Part shown: positions 57,749 through 64,000 of the stretch, piece by piece
How positions within the stretch are numbered: position 1 is the first letter of the stretch
How the letters are laid out: each line of letters begins with the position of its first letter
NCBI GenBank assembly: GCA_963845065.1
Contig: CAWJQQ010000008.1
Span: 192,001 to 256,000, forward strand
DNA from: Nitrospirota bacterium
GTDB lineage: Bacteria > Nitrospirota > UBA9217
Reading direction: 5' to 3'
Length of the DNA: 64,000 bases
Made by a program: the position numbers and the translations under genes
The notes under the pieces: generated by a model
Told to the model about the DNA's origin: nothing
The model's input: the letters and a program-made list of their open reading frames with translations, nothing else
Database searches by the model: none

Positions 57749-58981
57749 CTATTTAGTTACCACCACAATCCCCGACTCGGTCACGATATATCCGCGCCGC
57801 CGATCCTCTTCGGGATCGTAGCCAATCGTTATACCTTCAGGGACAAAGATATTTTCATCGATAATGGCTTTCCTGACCTTGGTGCCCCGTCCAATCTGGA
57901 CGTTCTCAAAGAGAATGGAACCTTCAACCAGGGCGTAGCTGTGTACCTTGCAGGACGGTCCCAGGATGGAACGCCTTACGGTCGCACCGCTGGTAATACA
58001 GCCGCCGCAGACGAGTGAATCGAGGTTCTGGCCGCGACGGCCTTCGTCGTCGAATACGGTTTTGGCAGGCGGAAGGTTCCCCTGGTTGGTCAGGACCGGC
58101 CAATTGTAATTGTAGAGGTTCAGCTGGGGACTGACACTGATGAGGTCCATGTTCGCCTCATAGTAGGAATCGATAGTGCCCACATCCTTCCAGTAGCCCC
58201 GCTCGTTAGCTCCTATGCCTGGCACAGAATTGTCAAAGAAACAGTAGGCGAATATTCTGTCTCCCTCGTTTAGCATCATCGGGATCACATGTTTTCCGAA
58301 GTCTAGATCATCATGTCTGTGTTTGCCTTTTTTCAGGACGTCTATCAACTTGTCTGTGGAAAAAATATAATTACCCATTGAAGCAAAGCAGGTGGTGCGG
58401 CCGGGGACTAGTTGCGGCTGTTTAGGTTTTTCCTGGAACGCCGTTACTTTCAGGTCTTCGTTTACGCCCAGCACTCCCAGCCGAACGGCCTCTTCGGGCG
58501 TGACATCGAGAGCGGCTATGGTTAGGTCAGCCTTGTTAATGCGGTGGTATGCCATCATCTGCGCGATGTCCATTTTATAAATATGGTCTCCGCCGAAAAT
58601 CATGACAAAATCGGCGCCCGACGATTCGATAAACCGGAGGTTGTGATAAATGGCATCGGCCGTGCCGGTGTACCACTGCTCGCCAATATGGGTCGTTTCG
58701 GGAGAGAGCGTGTCGTAGAATTCGCCGAGGCCGACCCACCGGCCCCAGGAGTCCTTAATGTGCTTGTTGAGGGAATAAGCATGGTACTGTGTAAGGATGT
58801 ACGTCTTGCGGATGCCTGAATTGAAGAGGTTGCTCAGAACGAAGTCAATGATCTTGTACTTCCCACCAAAGGGGACTGCGGGCTTGGATCTGCCGGTGGT
58901 GATGGGGCTCAAGCGCTCTCCTTTGCCGCCGGCGAGGACTATGGCAATGGTGTTCAGCGTTACATTTCCAATTGCGTACAT
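57749..58981 (-). CDS. glgC: Glucose-1-phosphate adenylyltransferase
   Basis: LAGGKGERL, KPAVPFGGKY, GTADA, GDHIYKMD, YWKDVGT. Confidence 0.96.
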   Translation of the reverse strand: MYAIGNVTLNTIAIVLAGGKGERLSPITTGRSKPAVPFGGKYKIIDFVLSNLFNSGIRKTYILTQYHAYSLNKHIKDSWGRWVGLGEFYDTLSPETTHIGEQWYTGTADAIYHNLRFIESSGADFVMIFGGDHIYKMDIAQMMAYHRINKADLTIAALDVTPEEAVRLGVLGVNEDLKVTAFQEKPKQPQLVPGRTTCFASMGNYIFSTDKLIDVLKKGKHRHDDLDFGKHVIPMMLNEGDRIFAYCFFDNSVPGIGANERGYWKDVGTIDSYYEANMDLISVSPQLNLYNYNWPVLTNQGNLPPAKTVFDDEGRRGQNLDSLVCGGCITSGATVRRSILGPSCKVHSYALVEGSILFENVQIGRGTKVRKAIIDENIFVPEGITIGYDPEEDRRRGYIVTESGIVVVTK

Positions 58982-59256
58982 GGGTAAAGGGCCCTTTCTG
59001 GCAAGCCATTCCGCTTCACCAAAATGGCTTCAGGATAGCAGCACGCCTCTTATAACTATTGTAGCAGAACATCATATGGTATGGAGGCAGCAGAAATATG
59101 AAAGACAGGCGGCAGGCCATGCTTCCCGAGTATTATTCAGGCATTCCCCTATCGGGTTTTAATAAGGTAGCATCGTAAGTAACATTTAGTTGACAGAATT
59201 CGCAATATTGTGATATTCATAAGTCCTTAACTGGATATTTTTTTTGTGTGAGGACC

Positions 59257-60729
59257 ATGGCTTCAATGATCTTGAAAATGCGTGTGCAATTGCCAGCGCC
59301 GTCCGTGGACGACCGCCGGGCATATGACCAGCGGTTGCAGGAAGCGCTCGGACTCGGGCCAGTGGAGATTCCTCTTTCAGTTTTGAAGCGGTTTCCTGCT
59401 CTTGTCCTGAGGAGCACCGTCTTTTCGGGCATCATCGGCAGGTTCGGGGAACGTAATCGGTTGATCGATGTCGGCGTAGAACGTTCCTACTCCATAGCAT
59501 TGGACCTTGGGACCACGAACCTTGTTGCGCTGTTGTACGATAATGTCGCACAAAAAGACGTGTTCATGCGTAGTCTGGAGAACCCCCAGATCGTTTTTGG
59601 CAGCGATATCCTGACCCGTATGCAGCATGCCATGTCTAACCGTGCCACCGAAGTGTACCAGGCCCTCACTGATGGTATCAGCAACCTTATCACCATGCTC
59701 TGTCAGGAGGCCGGGATTGAACGGCACGACATCCATGCCATGACTGCTGCCGGAAACACGGTTATGACCCATTTTTTTTTGGGTCTCGATATCAGCACGA
59801 TTCCTGTTGACCCCTTTGTGCCCGTGGTGAGGACGCCGGGATTTTTTAATGCATCGGAGCTGTCTCTTAACATCAATCCTGAGGCGATGGTGTACGTGTT
59901 CCCGAATGCGGGGAGCTATGTGGGCGGCGACATTACGGCAGGCGTCGTCGCATCGGGCATGTCACTGGTAGACCAGACGTCAATCCTGATCGACGTCGGC
60001 ACCAACGCCGAGATAGTAATCGGGAATAAAGAGTGGATGATCGTGGGGGCAGGGGCCGCAGGTCCGGCGCTCGAAGAGGGGATAAGCCGAATCGGGAGGC
60101 GGGCTAGGAAAGGGATCGTCTATGATGTCGAAATCATCGACGGAAAAATCACCTGCAAGACCTTTGATCAGGGAACGCCCGAAGGGATCTGCGGCTCGGG
60201 CATGGTGAGCCTGCTCTATGAACTCTACCGGGCAGGGATGATTGACAAGAGTGGCAGTCTTGTCGATAGCGAGCATATCACGACCGTTGAGAACGAAAAG
60301 GCGTTTTCCATCGGTTGCGGCTGCAGCGAAGCTTTGTACATAACACAGGCGGAAATCCAGAATTTCATGAAGTCCAAGGCCGCCATGTTTACGCTGCTCC
60401 TCGTGCTGACCCGGTCCGTCGGAATTTCTTTCAGCGATATCAGAAACGTTTATGTCTCGGGGGCACTGGGAACGGGAATCAATCCCATAAAGGCCATTGG
60501 CATCGGGATGCTGCCAGCATGGCCAGCAGAGATCGTGAAGCCCTTGGGCAACTCATCCCTGGAAGGTGCGCGCATGTTGCTTGTTGACGGTGGACTGGTG
60601 CATACGATCAATGCCATCGTCGAGAAGATCACGTACAAGCATATGCATGACGACCCCGAATTCATGAAGGAGTTTTTAGGCGCTGTGTTCATTCCCCATA
60701 CCAATCCGGAGCTGCTGAAAGTTTCATGA
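59257..60729 (+). CDS. ASKHA-domain RACo/DUF4445-like reductive activator, lacking N-terminal 2Fe-2S domain
   Basis: ALDLGTT, NPQ..FGSDILTR, AGNTVM, YVGGDI, IDVGTNAE, AAGPALE, GICGSG. Confidence 0.88.
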   Translation: MASMILKMRVQLPAPSVDDRRAYDQRLQEALGLGPVEIPLSVLKRFPALVLRSTVFSGIIGRFGERNRLIDVGVERSYSIALDLGTTNLVALLYDNVAQKDVFMRSLENPQIVFGSDILTRMQHAMSNRATEVYQALTDGISNLITMLCQEAGIERHDIHAMTAAGNTVMTHFFLGLDISTIPVDPFVPVVRTPGFFNASELSLNINPEAMVYVFPNAGSYVGGDITAGVVASGMSLVDQTSILIDVGTNAEIVIGNKEWMIVGAGAAGPALEEGISRIGRRARKGIVYDVEIIDGKITCKTFDQGTPEGICGSGMVSLLYELYRAGMIDKSGSLVDSEHITTVENEKAFSIGCGCSEALYITQAEIQNFMKSKAAMFTLLLVLTRSVGISFSDIRNVYVSGALGTGINPIKAIGIGMLPAWPAEIVKPLGNSSLEGARMLLVDGGLVHTINAIVEKITYKHMHDDPEFMKEFLGAVFIPHTNPELLKVS

Positions 60730-60848
60730 ACCGCCAATTTTACTGCTTCCTGCTTGTTGTTTTTTCTCAAGAGCTGTGGTAGTGTGCTGCACCACCGAGA
60801 AGAGCACGGCATACGCTCGGGAGGATTATGCGTCAGTATTGAGCATTC

Positions 60849-61499
60849 ATGAAGAAGCCAATAAATAACGCAACTAGCGGTCTTTCACGACGGCTGCACT
60901 TTCCGGATGATGAAAAGAAGCTTCCCTGGCTTTCGCTTTTACTCGACGCCTATGCCATAGCCGATACCGGCGTGTCCATTGCCGTACGGCTTGAAGAAAA
61001 ACGCAGGAAGATAAAACTTGCATGCGCACGTGGCTGCGGTAATTGCTGCGTCCACCAGAAAGACCTGCCACTCTATCCGCATGAGCTCGTAGGCATATAC
61101 TGGTACTCGTCGGAGAAAATGGTTCAACCCATGAGAGCTATCCTGCGGGGCCGTCTCGATGGGCATGCTGCAGGTTCGGCCTGCCCCTTTCTAGTAGACA
61201 ATTCGTGCTCCATCCACCAAGTCCGGCCGATCGGGTGCAGGCAGTTCAATGTTTTCGGGAAGCCCTGCGTGGAAGGCGAGGATCCTTACTATACGAGGCG
61301 TAATGATGTTCTGGTTCCGCTCCCGGATTATATTGACCGTGCATTTGCTGCGGTAATTCCTTTCTATAATATGAAGAAAGAAGTTGATCCCTCACAGGCC
61401 GTCAGGCTTGTTCGTTCGCAGATTATGAACCTCCGGACATATGATTGGGGAAAACTCGTTGCACTACTAGACAATACAGACAGCGGGAAAACCAAGTAA
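60849..61499 (+). CDS. YkgJ family Cys-cluster protein
   Basis: CARGCGNCC, CPFL...CSIH..RP.GCRQF. Confidence 0.88.
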   Translation: MKKPINNATSGLSRRLHFPDDEKKLPWLSLLLDAYAIADTGVSIAVRLEEKRRKIKLACARGCGNCCVHQKDLPLYPHELVGIYWYSSEKMVQPMRAILRGRLDGHAAGSACPFLVDNSCSIHQVRPIGCRQFNVFGKPCVEGEDPYYTRRNDVLVPLPDYIDRAFAAVIPFYNMKKEVDPSQAVRLVRSQIMNLRTYDWGKLVALLDNTDSGKTK

Positions 61500-61614
61500 T
61501 TACCAAACTATCCGCAGAAAGCCCCTGGTTTTAACCATGGGGATGAATGCGGGAACTTTGCTTTTCAGCAATTGCTGGACAAATGTATATCTATGTGGTA
61601 TATTTGAGCAACCA

Positions 61615-63174
61615 ATGCCTCGTAAACGTAAACCTAAAACCCCATCTTTTGTACACGAGTTCCAACTCGTAGTGACTCCAAAGGATAATCGAATGCTTAA
61701 TGTCCGACTCGAAGCTGGTCGTTATCTATATAATGCCTGTCTTGGTGAAGCGATGAAACGTCTTGCCGCCATGCGTAGCTCTAAAAAATGGCGTTCAGCG
61801 ATCAAGAAGAAAAAGAGCAAGCTACGCACTAAAATGTTCAAGACAGCCAGAAACATAGCTGAATATACCGAATACCATCTCCATGATTATGTCGGGAGCC
61901 TCCGCAATTCGTGTTGGATCGGAGACCATATTGACAGCCTGGCCGCCCAGAAGATAGCGACCAGGTCGTTTAATGCCGTTGCTGACTACGAATTCGGCAA
62001 GCATGGTAAACTACGTTTCAAGCGCCATGCCTGGATGTCGTCCCTTGAAGGTAAAAACAACAAGTCTGGTATTCGGTGGTGCGATGACCATGTTGAATGG
62101 TCTGGACTTAGCCTTACCTGTGTCTTCGACAAAAAAGACAAGTTTGGCGTTCAGGCACATGCGCTTAGCCATGATGTTAAATATGTTCGTTTGGTGAAGA
62201 AAGCCATCTGCGGTAACGCCTGCTGGTTCGCCCAACTCGTGCTTAAAGGCACGGCCAGGATCAAGCGTGAGAACCAGATTGGCACCGAAACCGTTGGCCT
62301 TGACATTGGCCCATCCACGGGTGCTATCGTTAGCGATACCGATGCGTTGCTCGTAGCATTTTGTCCGGAAGTCGAGATTCCGTACAAACAAATCCGCGTG
62401 GTTCAGCGTAAGATGGCCAGAAGCCTGAGGGCTGCCAACCCGGACAACTACAACGAAGACGGCACGACTAAGACTGGTGCCGGCAAGGGTAAAAAGCGGT
62501 GGATATTCTCTGCTAAATACCGTGCGCTTAAGGCTGAACTAGCCGAGCTACAGCGAGTTTTGGCTGAAACCAGAAAACGGGCTCATGGCAAGTTAGCCAA
62601 TGAAATTCTTAAGCTCGGAACCAACATAAAGACCGAGAAACTGTCGTACAGAGCATTCCAGAAACTCTATGGTAAAAGTATTTCAAGACGCGCTCCGGGG
62701 ATGTTTATTTCGATGCTTCGCCGCAAAGCCGAAAACGCTGGCGGTAAAGTAACTGAATTTTCTACCCGGAGCACGAAGCTTTCAGAGACATGCCACTGCG
62801 GGGAAGTAGCCAAAAAACCGCTATCCCAACGGTGGCATGACTGTAACTGCGGGGTAAACACTCAACGCGATCTCTACTCCGCATATCTTGCAAAATATGT
62901 TTTTGAAAATGTTCTCGACACGCGTCAAGCCGCAGCAGCTTGGCCGGGTGCAAACCTGCTCCTGGAACGGGCGGTGTTGAGGGTGCAGTTTGAAGCGGCA
63001 AATGGCCGGATTCATCCGGCCAGCTTCGGTATTAACAACATGAGAGCCAACACCACGAACCGGAGACAGAGTTGCTTGCCCGTTAAAAACGGATCAACGA
63101 TAGTCGATGCCGGCAACGTCTGTATTGTTGCCGGAAAGCCTGTCGGTATTGCAGTTAGAACCCCCTGTCTTTAG
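61615..63174 (+). CDS. tnpB: RNA-guided endonuclease TnpB (~519 aa)
   Basis: LYNACL, RFKR, RuvC D (GLDIG), E (TEKL), D (QRDLYSA), Zn finger CHC..HDCNC. Confidence 0.93.
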   Translation: MPRKRKPKTPSFVHEFQLVVTPKDNRMLNVRLEAGRYLYNACLGEAMKRLAAMRSSKKWRSAIKKKKSKLRTKMFKTARNIAEYTEYHLHDYVGSLRNSCWIGDHIDSLAAQKIATRSFNAVADYEFGKHGKLRFKRHAWMSSLEGKNNKSGIRWCDDHVEWSGLSLTCVFDKKDKFGVQAHALSHDVKYVRLVKKAICGNACWFAQLVLKGTARIKRENQIGTETVGLDIGPSTGAIVSDTDALLVAFCPEVEIPYKQIRVVQRKMARSLRAANPDNYNEDGTTKTGAGKGKKRWIFSAKYRALKAELAELQRVLAETRKRAHGKLANEILKLGTNIKTEKLSYRAFQKLYGKSISRRAPGMFISMLRRKAENAGGKVTEFSTRSTKLSETCHCGEVAKKPLSQRWHDCNCGVNTQRDLYSAYLAKYVFENVLDTRQAAAAWPGANLLLERAVLRVQFEAANGRIHPASFGINNMRANTTNRRQSCLPVKNGSTIVDAGNVCIVAGKPVGIAVRTPCL

Positions 63175-63190
63175 ACATGGGGTAGGTCAG
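62941..63190 (+). ncRNA. Predicted omegaRNA (reRNA) scaffold of TnpB; 5' boundary approximate
   Basis: Overlaps tnpB 3' end up to right end; hairpins conserved and covarying with copy at 55398-55654. Confidence 0.7.
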
Positions 63191-63204
63191 CAGACTCCAG
63201 CGGC

Positions 63205-64000
63205 TCAGGTTTTTTGCATCAGTTCTTTCAACGCAGTAAGAAAATCCTCCGTACCTTTTTTTGTCCAGTAGATGTTCATGATTTCACTTCTCTCCCTCAC
63301 AAATCGCTTGTATCCATCCTGCCGCGCCTTTTCCAGTGTGGTCCAATCCTGGTGAAGGGAAAAGTCGGCATAGGCTTCTTTTATCTCGGGGTAGAGTGCT
63401 TTTCGGTATCCGTCCATGAGCGCAACCGACAACCCAAGAGCGCCACGGTCTCGGCTCTCGATGATCTTTTTGAAAGGGCCCTGGTCAGATGTATCGGCTA
63501 TGAGGTCTTTAACTGCGCGCAGATAGTGCTCCACTTGCCGGTCTCCGGCCAAGGTGAGTATGTCCTTCCATTCCACGAGCTCTTCCGATGCTTCGGCGAT
63601 TTCATGGAAGAGCAGCACTTCGGCATAGCGCTCGGTCATTTCTTCTAGCCTCTGGTAAAATGTAACGTCGATAATCTGCCGGTGCTGAAAACCGTAATGC
63701 GCAAAAGCATTCTCAAGAGCTGCCACACTCCTGACATTCAGCTCCGAGTGTTTGTATAGCAGGAGCATCATGAGCGGCTCAAGCCGCAGAAACACGGTTT
63801 TCTCCTGGAGCATGGCTGGGGCCGTGAATAGATCGCGCACTCTTTCCGTTCCCGACGTGTAAACCGTCAGACCGAAAACGTGGCGGATAGACCGCAATTC
63901 CGCAAGGAAGAAGGTGGGCTTCATATACATGCCGTAGCCTGCACCATAGATGAGTCCCTCTTTGTTCAAGACCTGGTTAATCTCCTCGACATCAAATGGA
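63205..64000 (-). CDS. Conserved hypothetical protein (Sfum_1244-like), 5'-partial
   Basis: Frame stays open to window edge; GLIYGAGYG..KPTFFLAEL, RDLFTAPAMLQ, HEIAE. Confidence 0.75.
   Translation of the reverse strand, partial: PFDVEEINQVLNKEGLIYGAGYGMYMKPTFFLAELRSIRHVFGLTVYTSGTERVRDLFTAPAMLQEKTVFLRLEPLMMLLLYKHSELNVRSVAALENAFAHYGFQHRQIIDVTFYQRLEEMTERYAEVLLFHEIAEASEELVEWKDILTLAGDRQVEHYLRAVKDLIADTSDQGPFKKIIESRDRGALGLSVALMDGYRKALYPEIKEAYADFSLHQDWTTLEKARQDGYKRFVRERSEIMNIYWTKKGTEDFLTALKELMQKT

Larger units (their letters stand above)
61504..63190 (+). mobile_element. IS200/IS605-family tnpB-only element, apparently intact
   Basis: TTAC target 61500-61503, AAAG-CCCCTGGTTTTAACCATGGGG left end, right end GAAC-CCCCTGTCTTTAGACATGGGG-TAGG-TCAG. 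Confidence 0.92.

Noticed and set aside
61537..61614. Longer N-terminus of TnpB given by the ORF track
   Set aside because: That ATG lies inside the left-end hairpin, upstream of the promoter-like sequence; the sister copy starts at the position equivalent to 61615
53983..63190. Composite transposon carrying glgB-glgC-ASKHA-YkgJ between two tnpB elements
   Set aside because: The copies are clearly diverged, each has its own TTAC target and both ends, and the enclosed genes look like ordinary chromosomal genes; independent insertions are simpler

Overview
Bacterial chromosomal window; the 16S signature suggests phylum Nitrospirota (my recognition, not a database search). It opens with a complete rRNA operon (16S, tRNA-Ile, tRNA-Ala, 23S, 5S). 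About 45 mostly housekeeping or accessory genes follow: EmrAB-TolC-type efflux, MltA, a LonC-type protease, a metal-uptake operon, c-di-GMP and two-component signalling, an M1 aminopeptidase, a DUF2844/DUF3443 pair, glgB/glgC and a RACo-like ASKHA protein, plus several decayed genes. Main points of interest: (1) a DUF2946/CruR-like leader ORF with HHH/CxxC and a C-terminal RAPP ribosome-arrest motif ahead of a porin plus ZnuACB-type operon; (2) five IS200/IS605-family pieces with no TnpA in the window: an intact tnpB element, a decayed sister copy, a solo left end, a 137-bp MITE/PATE and a relic of an atypical long-insert TnpB/Cas12-like nuclease, all with readable guide/cleavage tetranucleotides; (3) a DUF3443 lipoprotein with two Ig-like repeats and both pepsin-type catalytic motifs (DTG/DSG), paired with DUF2844. 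No CRISPR array was found. Family assignments come from motif recognition only.
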